Shown in pieces: positions 45,476-54,770 of a stretch of 64,000 bases of DNA. The stretch comes from an uncultured Candidatus Poseidoniales archaeon (GTDB taxonomy: Archaea; Thermoplasmatota; Poseidoniia; Poseidoniales; Poseidoniaceae), in contig CAXEMN010000009.1 in NCBI GenBank assembly GCA_963997415.1, positions 243-64,242 of the forward strand. The letters run 5' to 3'. Position 1 is the first letter of the stretch. Each line of letters starts with the position of its first letter. The position numbers and the translations under genes were made by a program. The notes beneath the pieces were generated by a model, which worked only from the letters and a program-made list of their open reading frames with translations, was not told the origin of the DNA and ran no database searches.

Positions 45476-46150
45476 TCAAAATTTACCTTTAAGCCAACCC
45501 GGTGAAGGGCCCCAACCTGTAGCGTCGCCACCGTGTACCTTGACTAATTTACCAGCACCAAACAGCGATTCAAGCCATACTTCTAAGGCAGTCCCTTCTC
45601 GATGACCGAGTTTCTTACTGGCCACCTCTTCGATCACTTCAGTTTGCAGGGCAGTAATGCCATATTCTCTGACGATAAGATGCATTAATTCACGCAACCA
45701 AGCTTCTGCCATAGGGTCGATGCTCATTGCACCCTGTACAGGGCGAGGCTCTTCCATTTCATCCAAGGCTTCCATCAATTCGATAGGATCTGGGCGCTCA
45801 GGTACTTGCAAACCAATGGCCTCCAATTCGACACCGAGGTCGAGTTGGCCAATTGGACGGCGAACAACTGGTATTCGACTGGGATCTGGAGTCGGGCCCA
45901 TGTCGAGGGGTTTGTCACCAATTGGAGCGTCATCGAGTTCATCTTTCTGCGCTGTTTTTTGCGGGGCTAAACCAGAGGTGTTCGTGGCTTGAACCTCGGT
46001 GCCAATTGGCATCGACCAACCGACCCCTTGAAGCCCAAGTTCCTTCACTCGCTCCTCAATCCATGATGCTTCACCTTCGAGAAGAACATTGACATCGTGC
46101 TCATCCGAGCGGAAACGATAACGAACATGACCACGAAGTTTCGCCATCAT
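45476..46150 (-). CDS. hypothetical protein (224 aa) immediately upstream of the giant surface-protein gene
   Basis: ATG-initiated ORF, co-directional. Acidic and Pro-rich middle section. No motif recognised. Confidence 0.5.
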   Translation of the reverse strand: MMAKLRGHVRYRFRSDEHDVNVLLEGEASWIEERVKELGLQGVGWSMPIGTEVQATNTSGLAPQKTAQKDELDDAPIGDKPLDMGPTPDPSRIPVVRRPIGQLDLGVELEAIGLQVPERPDPIELMEALDEMEEPRPVQGAMSIDPMAEAWLRELMHLIVREYGITALQTEVIEEVASKKLGHREGTALEVWLESLFGAGKLVKVHGGDATGWGPSPGWLKGKF

Positions 46151-46220
46151 CCATCCCTCGGTTGAACTGCTCTTGAATTTGCCGAATGCCTTCTCGATTC
46201 AGGTTTCGCTTGGGTGTGCC

Positions 46221-48890
46221 TCACTCAGAGGTCGCAAGTTGTCGTAACACGGTGTGGAGGATCCCGCCATTTCGATAGTATTCAACTTCGACAGGTGTAT
46301 CAAGTCGGACCTGAGCAGAGAATGTCATGGTCGTGCCATCTGTGCGGGTTGCGGTCACTTCAATCATCTGAAGCGGTTGGACATCATCGCCAATCGGGAT
46401 GGTGAATGTTTCCGTCCCGTCAAGGCCGAGGGCTTCGTGGGATTCACCTTCCATGAAGGTCATCGGAAGAACGCCCATGCCGACAAGATTCGAGCGGTGA
46501 ATACGTTCGAAGGATGTCGCAATGACTGCCCCCACACCTAGCAAGTATGTGCCCTTTGCAGCCCAGTCCCGCGAAGAACCTGTGCCATATTGACTCCCTG
46601 CAAGAACGACTTTTGGTCCATCGTAACTTTGTGCAGCGTCATAGACAGAGACGATTTCACCCGTGGTAAAATCTCGAGCAAAACCACCTTCGGTTCCTGG
46701 AGCCATTTGATTTCGAATCCGCACATTTGCAAAGGTGCCTCGCATCATCACTTCGTGGTTTCCTCGACGGCTGCCGAAGGAATTGAAATCTGTTTTTTGA
46801 ATGCCGCGCTCAATCAGCCATGTGCCTGCTGGGCCATCCGCAGGGAATGCACCCGCTGGCGAGATGTGATCGGTTGTGATCGAGTCACCCAATTTTAGCA
46901 AGACCTTGGCATCATCAATGCTTGTGATTGGTTCAGGTTCTGCTGAAAGTCCTGAAAAGAATGTTGGAAGGCGGATGTAGGTCGATTCTGGCGCCCAAGG
47001 ATAGAGTGGACTTGCCTCAGACGGTATGCTGTCCCAGCGGGGTTCATTCATTGCATCAGCGTAGCGTTGACGGAACATCTCAGGCGTAATGACGGCAAGA
47101 GCTTCTGCAAGTTCCTCATCACTCGGCCAAAGTTCACTCAACATCACAGGCTTTCCTTCCGGCGTATAGCCAACTGGTTGGGTCGAAAGGTCAACCTCCA
47201 AGGAACCCGCCAAAGCATAAGCAACCACCAAAGGTGGGCTTGCGAGGTAAGAAGCCTTGACTTTACCATGAACCCGACCCTCGAAGTTTCTATTTCCTGA
47301 AATCACAGAACCGACAATGAGGCCTGCTTCATCAATAGCAGCCTCAATTTGCTCTGGAATTGGCCCTGAGTTACCGATGCAGGTGGTGCACCCGTAGCCG
47401 ACGACGTTGAATCCGAGTGCGTTCAAGTCCTCTTGAAGTCCCGTTGCCTCGTAGTACTCGGTGACGACACGTGAACCAGGCGCAAGGGAGGTTTTGACCC
47501 ATGGTTTGACTTCAAGACCATGCTTTCGTGCATTTCGTGCCAAAATACCGGCAGCCAGCATGACGTCAGGGTTCGAGGTGTTGGTGCAGCTTGTGATGGC
47601 TGCGATGACAACATCTCCGTGATTCAAATCGTATGTTTTTCCATCGCGCTCGACGATCGCACCTTTTGACAAATCCTCGGGAGCTAAACCGTGGCCATGA
47701 TGACCAAGTTCGTGGGTTAGAGATTCGAGGAAATGAGATTTCATGTTCGAAAGGTCAACCCGATCTTGTGGGCGCTTGGGACCTGCCAATGCTGGTTGCA
47801 CAGATGTCAAATCAAGTTCTAGCGTGGCCGTGTATGACTTCTCAGCTGCGCCTGCCTCAAACCACAAACCTTGGGCGCGAGCATAGGCTTCAACGCCGGC
47901 AATGGCATCGTCTTCTCGTCCACTCAGGCGCATGTAATCCAGTGTTCGCTCGTCAACAGGGAAGAAACCGCATGTAGCACCGTATTCAGGAGCCATGTTC
48001 GCAATGGTTGCCCGGTCGGCAAGCGTTAATGCTGCCATTCCGCTTCCAAAGAATTCTACAAATTTCCCAACAACACCGTGCTCACGCAACATTTCGACAA
48101 TTCGTAACGTCATGTCTGTTGCAGTGACGCCAGGGTTGAGGCTCCCAGTCAATCGTACGCCGACAACATCTGGGGCAAGCATGTAAATTGGTTGTCCGAG
48201 CATGACGGCTTCTGCTTCAATGCCTCCAACGCCCCATCCAAGCACGCCTAATCCGTTGATCATGGTGGTGTGTGAATCGGTTCCTACAAGGGTATCTGCA
48301 AGCCAAACGCCATCTTCTTGACGAGCAACGCTTGCAAGATATTCCAGATTGACTTGGTGAACAATTCCACGAGAAGGAGGTACGGCTTGGAAATTTGCCA
48401 AGGATTGTTGACCCCATTTCAAAAAGGTGTACCGCTCCATATTTCGGTGGTATTCGATGTCGAGGTTCATATCGAGTGCTTCGCTGTTCGAACCATCGAT
48501 ATCGACCTGGACAGAGTGGTCAATGACCAAGTCAACGGGGACCTGAGGATTGACTTTTTCAGGGTCGCCGCCCATTTCCACCATCGCGTCCCTCAATGCT
48601 GCGAGATCGACAACCGCTGGTACGCCAGTGAAGTCTTGAAGAATGACTCGAGATGGACGAAATGGTATTTCTCCACGTTCCCCATTTGGCGTCCACCCTG
48701 CAATATTTCGGATGTCTTTTTCGCTGACAAGAAAGCCATCATTCCCGCGCAGTGCCCCTTCGAGAAGGATTCGAATCGAGTAGGGAAGAGAAGATGTATC
48801 GATGCCTTGTTCATCAAGGCCAGCCAGCGCGTAGTACTCGCCACCAACTGAAAGAGTTCTGCGTGCATTGAATGGGTCCAAAGTCGCCAT
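46221..48890 (-). CDS. acnA: aconitate hydratase A
   Basis: 889 aa. Blocks ILLEGALR, VILQDFTGVPAVVDLA, DHSVQVD, GTDSHTTMINGLGVLGWGVGGIEAE, ITSCTNTSNP, GCTTCIGNSG, SGNRNFEGR, GSSRDWAAKG. Confidence 0.95.
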   Translation of the reverse strand: MATLDPFNARRTLSVGGEYYALAGLDEQGIDTSSLPYSIRILLEGALRGNDGFLVSEKDIRNIAGWTPNGERGEIPFRPSRVILQDFTGVPAVVDLAALRDAMVEMGGDPEKVNPQVPVDLVIDHSVQVDIDGSNSEALDMNLDIEYHRNMERYTFLKWGQQSLANFQAVPPSRGIVHQVNLEYLASVARQEDGVWLADTLVGTDSHTTMINGLGVLGWGVGGIEAEAVMLGQPIYMLAPDVVGVRLTGSLNPGVTATDMTLRIVEMLREHGVVGKFVEFFGSGMAALTLADRATIANMAPEYGATCGFFPVDERTLDYMRLSGREDDAIAGVEAYARAQGLWFEAGAAEKSYTATLELDLTSVQPALAGPKRPQDRVDLSNMKSHFLESLTHELGHHGHGLAPEDLSKGAIVERDGKTYDLNHGDVVIAAITSCTNTSNPDVMLAAGILARNARKHGLEVKPWVKTSLAPGSRVVTEYYEATGLQEDLNALGFNVVGYGCTTCIGNSGPIPEQIEAAIDEAGLIVGSVISGNRNFEGRVHGKVKASYLASPPLVVAYALAGSLEVDLSTQPVGYTPEGKPVMLSELWPSDEELAEALAVITPEMFRQRYADAMNEPRWDSIPSEASPLYPWAPESTYIRLPTFFSGLSAEPEPITSIDDAKVLLKLGDSITTDHISPAGAFPADGPAGTWLIERGIQKTDFNSFGSRRGNHEVMMRGTFANVRIRNQMAPGTEGGFARDFTTGEIVSVYDAAQSYDGPKVVLAGSQYGTGSSRDWAAKGTYLLGVGAVIATSFERIHRSNLVGMGVLPMTFMEGESHEALGLDGTETFTIPIGDDVQPLQMIEVTATRTDGTTMTFSAQVRLDTPVEVEYYRNGGILHTVLRQLATSE

Positions 48891-48974
48891 GGGTTACCCC
48901 AATTGGCTCTAATGTATGAACAAAACCCTTGACAAGGCTCGTGTGCTGGAGCATCAATGGTCAAGAAAGGCAGT

Positions 48975-50012
48975 TCACCAGAACTGCCACCAAGCATCAG
49001 AAGAACTGCCGCTAAACGATGCATCGACTAAGGTGACTGGATTCACAGGGTCGCTGCCCTGTGGACCGTCTGTTGGAACCGCATCGATCTTGTCGACCAC
49101 ATCTTGGCCATCAATGACCTTGCCGAACACGGTGTGAACACCATCTAAATGGGACGGCGTCGAATCCGGAGAGACGATGAAGAACTGTGATCCACCAGTG
49201 TGTGCGTTGCTGGTTTTCGCCATCGAGAGCATGTAAGGTGCGTGCCTCAAACCGTTGTCTGCTTCATCACCAATGGTCCAAGAGGTCTTGGCGCATGATG
49301 AGGATGAACTCGTAGCTTGTCCGTTGCAGTATCCATCCCAAACAGCAGCATGACCACCTGTGCCATCGCCATTGGTGAAGTCGCCTCCTTGCAGCATGAA
49401 GCCTTCGATGATCCGATGGTAAATGGTATCATCATAGGATCCGTCGCGAACGAGTTCCTTGAAGTTCTCAACGTGTGTAGGTGCCTCTTCGCTGTAGAGT
49501 TCAATGGTGATCTCTCCAGTTTCAAAGGTGCCGTCAGCATTGGTCCACGACATCTCAAAGACGACGTGTTCGCCGTCAGCCTGAGGGGCGCCAAGCGCTG
49601 AAATACCGGCGAGAATCAACAAGAGTGCGGCACCGAATGCAAACACTCCAGCAACGGTTGGAGTCCCATCCTTCACCAAGGGCGGGAATGCGGTTTCTGA
49701 GATTCCTGCATCTTGCATTTCATTTCGCAGGTTGTTGTACATGGTACCGGTTCGCTTGTCCTTTGAGTTTCCTTTGAGTGAATCACGGAACAAACTTGCA
49801 GCATTTCGATAATCTGATTTTGAACGAGTGTCCTTTGCTTTCGCCCATGTGGCCTCGCCCGCAATTCTCAGAGTTGTTGGATGTTCGCCTGATGGATCGA
49901 TGCTTCTCAATGATTCAAGAGCGCCTTCATACTTACCCTTAGCCAGTGATTTTTCCGCCTTATCCCACACTGATTTGCGCATGTCAGCTTCGGTCATTTT
50001 GCTGTCGGCCAT
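48975..50012 (-). CDS. membrane-tethered cyclophilin-type peptidyl-prolyl isomerase
   Basis: N-terminal ~120-aa helical (TPR-like) region, TM VAGVFAFGAALLLILAGISAL, then a cyclophilin core (FHRIIEGFMLQGGDFTNGDGTGG, LSMAKTSNAHTGGSQFFI, HTVFGKVIDG). Confidence 0.85.
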   Translation of the reverse strand: MADSKMTEADMRKSVWDKAEKSLAKGKYEGALESLRSIDPSGEHPTTLRIAGEATWAKAKDTRSKSDYRNAASLFRDSLKGNSKDKRTGTMYNNLRNEMQDAGISETAFPPLVKDGTPTVAGVFAFGAALLLILAGISALGAPQADGEHVVFEMSWTNADGTFETGEITIELYSEEAPTHVENFKELVRDGSYDDTIYHRIIEGFMLQGGDFTNGDGTGGHAAVWDGYCNGQATSSSSSCAKTSWTIGDEADNGLRHAPYMLSMAKTSNAHTGGSQFFIVSPDSTPSHLDGVHTVFGKVIDGQDVVDKIDAVPTDGPQGSDPVNPVTLVDASFSGSSSDAWWQFW

Positions 50013-50186
50013 ACCTCTTCCGAGGTGTCAACCTTTTTTGAGCGTCACGGCTCAACTGAACGGTCTTCATCACCTCCAAATCCGGCCAAATTTTCGGAGA
50101 GCCCCATCAACATGTTCAAAGAGTGCATGCTGAACCCGAGCCTATACAGCCCTCACTTAGGTGAGTCGGCCCTGAGGGAACACACA

Positions 50187-51974
50187 ATGGAAACCATTGC
50201 CAACGATTACACCATCAACATCGCAACCGCAAACGGAACTGGCTCCCAATCCGCCAACCTCATTCTGCTTCAATCTCTTTTCGAGATGGGCGTCCCCGTC
50301 AGCGGAAAGAACCTGTTTCCCTCCAACATTTCGGGACTACCGACATGGTACATCGTTCGACTTTCAGATCATGGCTACCAAGCCCCAGGTGATCGAACCC
50401 ACATCCAAGTTTTGGTGAATCCAGCAACATGGGACGAAGATCTCGCTGCGCTCGAACCTGGAACCGTTGTTATTTGGAACGAGAATGCAAAGATGGAAAT
50501 GACCCGTGATGATGTGATTTCTTACCCTGTTCCTATGATGGGGCTCGCTCGAAAAATCAATCCTAAAATTGCCAAACTCGTTACCAACATCATCTATGTT
50601 GGCGTGCTTGCAGAAATGCTCGGGATTGATCAAGCAGCGTTAGAAGACGCGGTGGCAAAGCAATTCAAAGGCAAGGATAGTGCGATTGAACTCAATATTA
50701 CTGCATTAGGCTTGGGCCGTGACTACTTCAAAGACAACTTCACCAAAGAGGACCCATATGTTGTTGAAGCAAGGGAAATTGAAACACCCAAGTTCTTCAT
50801 TGACGGAAACGAAGCTGCTGCTCTTGGTTCCATCTTCGGCGGCGTCCAGATGTTGGCATGGTACCCAATCACTCCATCATCATCCCTTGCTGAAGGCATC
50901 ATCAATTACATCCCACAACTGCGCGTGGATGATGAAGGAAACGCTACATGCGCCGTCATTCAAGCAGAAGATGAATTGGCAGCAGCAGGTATGGTTCTTG
51001 GCGCTGGCTGGGCCGGCGGACGAGGCATGACTGCAACCTCAGGCCCCGGTATTTCGTTGATGCAAGAATTCATTGGCCTGGGCTACTTTGCAGAAATCCC
51101 ATCTGTGTTTTGGGACGTCAACCGTGTGGGCCCATCAACAGGTCTTCCGACACGAACACAACAATCCGATATTACGCTCCTGTACGAAGGAAGCCATGGC
51201 GATACACAACACATCGTACTCATTCCCGGCACGGTCGAGGAATGTTTCGAATTTGGATGGAGAGCCTTTGACATCACCGAGCGCTTCCAAACCCCGGTCT
51301 TTGGACTCAGCGACCTCGACCTTGGAATGAACCGATGGGCCTGTGAAGGATTCACGTATCCAGACAAGCCAATGGATCGAGGCAAGGTTGTTCGAGACAG
51401 GGATGTGTTCGAGGCCTTCGAAGAATTCGGTCGATACCTCGACGTTGATGGCGATGGCGTGCCTTACCGAACGCTTCCAGGGTCCGGCTTGGATCCTATC
51501 CTCTACAGAGGTACTGGCCACAATCCGAAGGGCGTTTATTCTGAAAAGCCAGAGGATTACTTCAACCTCATGGAGCGACTAAAGAACAAGATTGACGGGG
51601 CAAGAGACCACCTGCCTGCACCAATTCTGCGAGAAGAAACAGAATGTGAGGTTGGTATCATTTACCTTGGAAGTATGGAAAACACCATTCAAGAAATCGA
51701 CGACATGTTGGAAGGAACCGGGCTCAAGGTGAGCCAATGCCGAGTTCGTGCACTTCCACTCCACAGCGGTGTTGAAGACTTCATTCGTCGACACAAGACC
51801 ACGATTGTTCTCGAGATCAATCGTGACGGCCAACTCTATGGTATTCTACGAAAGGAATTGCCAAACGATTTGATCACCAAGGTCCATTCCGTTGCATACA
51901 GTGACGGTATGCCACCTCGGGCTCGCATCTATGCGGACCAAATCCTAGCCACCCTTGAGGAGGTGAACCAATGA
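50187..51974 (+). CDS. korA: 2-oxoacid:ferredoxin oxidoreductase, alpha subunit (gamma-alpha fused)
   Basis: N-terminal gamma-like block ATANGTGSQSANLILLQSLFEMGVPVSGKNLFPSNISGLPTWY, then alpha blocks (GNEAAALGSIFGGVQMLAWYPITPSS, TSGPGISLM). ATG at 50187. Confidence 0.85.
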   Translation: METIANDYTINIATANGTGSQSANLILLQSLFEMGVPVSGKNLFPSNISGLPTWYIVRLSDHGYQAPGDRTHIQVLVNPATWDEDLAALEPGTVVIWNENAKMEMTRDDVISYPVPMMGLARKINPKIAKLVTNIIYVGVLAEMLGIDQAALEDAVAKQFKGKDSAIELNITALGLGRDYFKDNFTKEDPYVVEAREIETPKFFIDGNEAAALGSIFGGVQMLAWYPITPSSSLAEGIINYIPQLRVDDEGNATCAVIQAEDELAAAGMVLGAGWAGGRGMTATSGPGISLMQEFIGLGYFAEIPSVFWDVNRVGPSTGLPTRTQQSDITLLYEGSHGDTQHIVLIPGTVEECFEFGWRAFDITERFQTPVFGLSDLDLGMNRWACEGFTYPDKPMDRGKVVRDRDVFEAFEEFGRYLDVDGDGVPYRTLPGSGLDPILYRGTGHNPKGVYSEKPEDYFNLMERLKNKIDGARDHLPAPILREETECEVGIIYLGSMENTIQEIDDMLEGTGLKVSQCRVRALPLHSGVEDFIRRHKTTIVLEINRDGQLYGILRKELPNDLITKVHSVAYSDGMPPRARIYADQILATLEEVNQ

Positions 51975-53026
51975 GCGACCGACCTGCACGACCCGCCCGA
52001 GCTGTGAAACTGAATGTCATCAATGAACCAAAGGACAGTTACACTGGAGGAAAGTCCTCGCTCTGTCCTGGTTGTGGCCACGATCAGATTTCAAACGTCA
52101 TCATCGCAGCCGCTTGGGAAAACGGAATCGAACCACATCGCATCGCAAAGATGTCAGGCATCGGTTGTTCCTCAAAGACGCCAGCGTACTACCTTGGACA
52201 ATCGCACGGATTCAACACAGTTCACGGACGAATGCCATCGGTCACCACCGGTGCCTATGCCATCAACAAAGACTTGCTCTACCTCGGCGTGTCTGGTGAT
52301 GGCGACTCTGCATCCATTGGAATCGGTCAATTGATTCACGCTATTCGCCGAAACATGGACATGGTCTATATTGTCGAAAACAACGGTGTCTACGGATTGA
52401 CAAAGGGTCAATATTCTGCAACAGCAGATGTGGGCTCGAAAAAGAAGAAAGGAAAGGCAAACACCACGCAACCAATCGATTTGTGCGCTCTTGCCATCAA
52501 TCTAGGATGCACATTTGTCGCTCGCTCCTTCTCAGGTTCGAAAAAACAACTGACATCGCTTCTCAAGGCAGCCATGTCGCACAAAGGCTTCGCTCTCATC
52601 GACGTCATCAGCCCGTGTGTGACCTTCAACAACAATGATGAGTCCATGCGCTCCTACGGCTACGTCAAAGAGAACGAAATCACACTCCATATGGCAGATT
52701 ACATCCCTCACTTCAACCCCGTTGAAGAGATCGAAGTACCCGAAGGGCATTTCCGAGACATTGAACTTCATGATGGCTCAACCATTCGCTTGGAAACCAT
52801 TTCAGCAGAACATGACCCTGGAAATGCAGTGGCTGCACTCACCGCACTTCATGAGGCTGAATCAAGCCAAAAGCACGTCACTGGGTTGTTGTATTTCGAC
52901 AATTCAAAGCCTGCACTTGCAGAGGATTTGGGCCTTGTTGATACACCACTGATCGACGTCCCAGATGACGAACTCCGTCCAAGCAAAGCCATTCTGGATG
53001 AACTCAATGCCGCATTGCTTGGCTGA
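51971..53026 (+). CDS. korB: 2-oxoacid:ferredoxin oxidoreductase, beta (TPP) subunit
   Basis: CPGCGHD, GIGCSS, GDGDSASIG, ENNGVYGLTKGQ. ATGA-coupled to korA with a GAGGAGGTGA SD upstream. Confidence 0.9.
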   Translation: MSDRPARPARAVKLNVINEPKDSYTGGKSSLCPGCGHDQISNVIIAAAWENGIEPHRIAKMSGIGCSSKTPAYYLGQSHGFNTVHGRMPSVTTGAYAINKDLLYLGVSGDGDSASIGIGQLIHAIRRNMDMVYIVENNGVYGLTKGQYSATADVGSKKKKGKANTTQPIDLCALAINLGCTFVARSFSGSKKQLTSLLKAAMSHKGFALIDVISPCVTFNNNDESMRSYGYVKENEITLHMADYIPHFNPVEEIEVPEGHFRDIELHDGSTIRLETISAEHDPGNAVAALTALHEAESSQKHVTGLLYFDNSKPALAEDLGLVDTPLIDVPDDELRPSKAILDELNAALLG

Positions 53027-53078
53027 GGATGACTCTTCGCCGAATCTCCAATAAAGGAGTGGGAGGGATGGCACCCCG

Positions 53079-53972
53079 ATGAGCACCATCGCAATCGCCT
53101 TGGGTTGCATAGCACTTCTTGGCATGTTTGTTGTCGGCATTCGCCTTCGAAAGTCCCGTCGTCAACGAGAACTTTTGGCGGCCCGTCGGGCGAAATACAA
53201 TCCTCATTTCGAACAACGACGACGTCACATACAGAATATTCGTGGACGCCAAGTTGAGGATTTAGACGAAGACGAAATCATCGCCTACCAACAAAGAGAC
53301 GTGGCTCGAAATCAAAACATCCAATTCCTGAGATTGATTGTTTCCGACCTCTTCGATGAAGAGGAACTCGAACCCGAACAAGAAGAAGAGCAGCGTGAGG
53401 AACTGTTGGTCGAACGTCAATCATGGATTGAAGAGAATCAAGAAGGTTTGAACGAGCATGCAGCGCTTGTTGAAGAGGAGGAAATTGGTAGTGGTGTCAC
53501 TGTGATGGAAACAATTGCTCCTGAAGAAGACGACATTGAAGAACGGCTCGAGCGGGAAGGTGGCAAAGCCGGTGAAGTGCAACTCTCCCTCGCATGGGAT
53601 GATTACAACGATCTCGACATGCACGTGTTTTGCCCTTCCGGCGAACGCATTTACTTCAACAACAAGAAGAGCGAATGTGGTGGAGAACTTGACGTCGACA
53701 TGAACGTGCGCCCTGTCAGCAACAATCCTGTCGAGAATGTGGTCTGGACCGGAGAGGCGCCACCTGGCAAATACAAGATTGGCGTTCACTTCTACAAGCA
53801 CCACCGAAAGCGACGCTCAAAGAAGACCACCACCTTCAGATTGCGAGTGATGGTTCATGGAAAGTCAAGAGATTACAGCGGCACCATCAGTTCTGGAAGC
53901 GCCATGCAGATGGTGACGAGTTTCACACTCAAGCCGAACAGTTCAGAATCGGGTAAATCCATGCCGATTTGA
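53079..53972 (+). CDS. N-terminally anchored protein with Glu-rich coiled region and C-terminal DUF2135/YfaP-like beta-sandwich-type domain
   Basis: TM IAIALGCIALLGMFVVGI followed by RLRKSRRQR. E-rich segment. C-terminal VQLSLAWDDYNDLDMHVFCPSGERIYFNN...GGELDVDMN...PGKYKIGVHFY resembles the YfaP-type domain as I recall it. Confidence 0.5.
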   Translation: MSTIAIALGCIALLGMFVVGIRLRKSRRQRELLAARRAKYNPHFEQRRRHIQNIRGRQVEDLDEDEIIAYQQRDVARNQNIQFLRLIVSDLFDEEELEPEQEEEQREELLVERQSWIEENQEGLNEHAALVEEEEIGSGVTVMETIAPEEDDIEERLEREGGKAGEVQLSLAWDDYNDLDMHVFCPSGERIYFNNKKSECGGELDVDMNVRPVSNNPVENVVWTGEAPPGKYKIGVHFYKHHRKRRSKKTTTFRLRVMVHGKSRDYSGTISSGSAMQMVTSFTLKPNSSESGKSMPI

Positions 53973-53973
53973 A

Positions 53974-54294
53974 TCAGAATTTCTGTCCCCGAATGAAGCG
54001 GGTAAAACGGAGAAAGAGCCCTACGTTTGGTTTTTCTTCGAGACCGAGCCGCCAGTCCAGTTCATTGGCTTGATCGTACTTCAAAAGGTCATCAAAGCCA
54101 CCAATCCATGCGTCATCAATGAATATTTGAGGGACCGATTTACTTCCTTTCGTTCGAATCAAAAATTCCCGATCCATTCGTGCTGAGGAGCCGAGTTTCT
54201 TTTCCTCATAGGCAACCCCCTTTCTGTCAAAAAGACGCTTGGCGCTAACGCAAGCTCCACACCCTTTGTTGGTGTAGAGTTCTACTTTCGCCAT
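53974..54294 (-). CDS. glutaredoxin-like protein
   Basis: VELYTNKGCGACVSAKRLFDRKGVAYEE (CxxC site), SVPQIFIDDAWIGGFDDL. An extra ~30-aa basic C-terminal extension. Confidence 0.7.
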   Translation of the reverse strand: MAKVELYTNKGCGACVSAKRLFDRKGVAYEEKKLGSSARMDREFLIRTKGSKSVPQIFIDDAWIGGFDDLLKYDQANELDWRLGLEEKPNVGLFLRFTRFIRGQKF

Positions 54295-54341
54295 GCTAAT
54301 CCCAACGCATGTGTGATTTCAACCTCACTGGAGATGAGCGG

Positions 54342-54417
54342 TGGTAGTCCCTCTCGGATTTGAACCGAGGTCGGAGGAACCAGAATCCTCCATGATGGAC
54401 CGCTACACTAAGGGACT
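54342..54417 (-). tRNA. tRNA-Gln (anticodon CUG), CCA encoded
   Basis: Minus strand: AGTCCCT-TA-GTGTAGCGGTCCATCAT-GGAGGA-TTCTGGT-TCCTCC-GACC-TCGG-TTCAAAT-CCGA-G-AGGGACT-A-CCA. Cloverleaf folds by hand. The A1-U72 pair is typical of archaeal tRNA-Gln. Confidence 0.85.
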
Positions 54418-54487
54418 GTTGTTTTGGCGAATCGCCTTTCCCTCTTCAATTCAGCGGTTCGATGAAGTGGCGTCAACAGTGACCTTA

Positions 54488-54685
54488 TCATTCGATGCTA
54501 ACGAAGCGAAACAAGACCTTCGAAACTGCGCTGAGCATGAGAATAATCATGAACGAACCAAGTGCCCATTTGGCCCAAGGTCGTTCTTTCTTTTCAGGTG
54601 GCCAAGGATCAATACCGAGGCGCTCTGCCTCGCGAACGAGTTCCGCTAATTCAGCGAGTTCTTCTTCCACCGATTGCGCCGCCAT
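54488..54685 (-). CDS. possible 65-aa tail-anchored small protein
   Basis: MAAQSVEEELAELAELVREAERLGIDPWPPEKKERPWAKWALGSFMIILMLSAVSKVLFRFVSIE. Sits in the 350-bp gap between tRNA-Gln and the Nudix-MBL gene. Supported only by ORF and TM prediction. Confidence 0.3.
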   Translation of the reverse strand: MAAQSVEEELAELAELVREAERLGIDPWPPEKKERPWAKWALGSFMIILMLSAVSKVLFRFVSIE

Positions 54686-54770
54686 GGGTTTTCCAATACA
54701 CGCCGCTACAAGACCTTCGCGCTTCCAAGAGTATGCAAAGCCTTGAAGCCGGGGCGTTCGAGCCCAAATC

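Noticed and set aside
54300-54480. tRNA-Gln (and tRNA-Phe at 63470-63542) considered as integration sites of mobile elements or genomic islands.
   Set aside because: There is no integrase, transposase or phage gene nearby, and no duplicated tRNA 3' fragment (att-like direct repeat). The flanks are ordinary housekeeping genes.
54341-54649. 102-aa plus-strand ORF.
   Set aside because: Its first 77 nt are the reverse complement of a well-folding tRNA-Gln, and it has no coding features.
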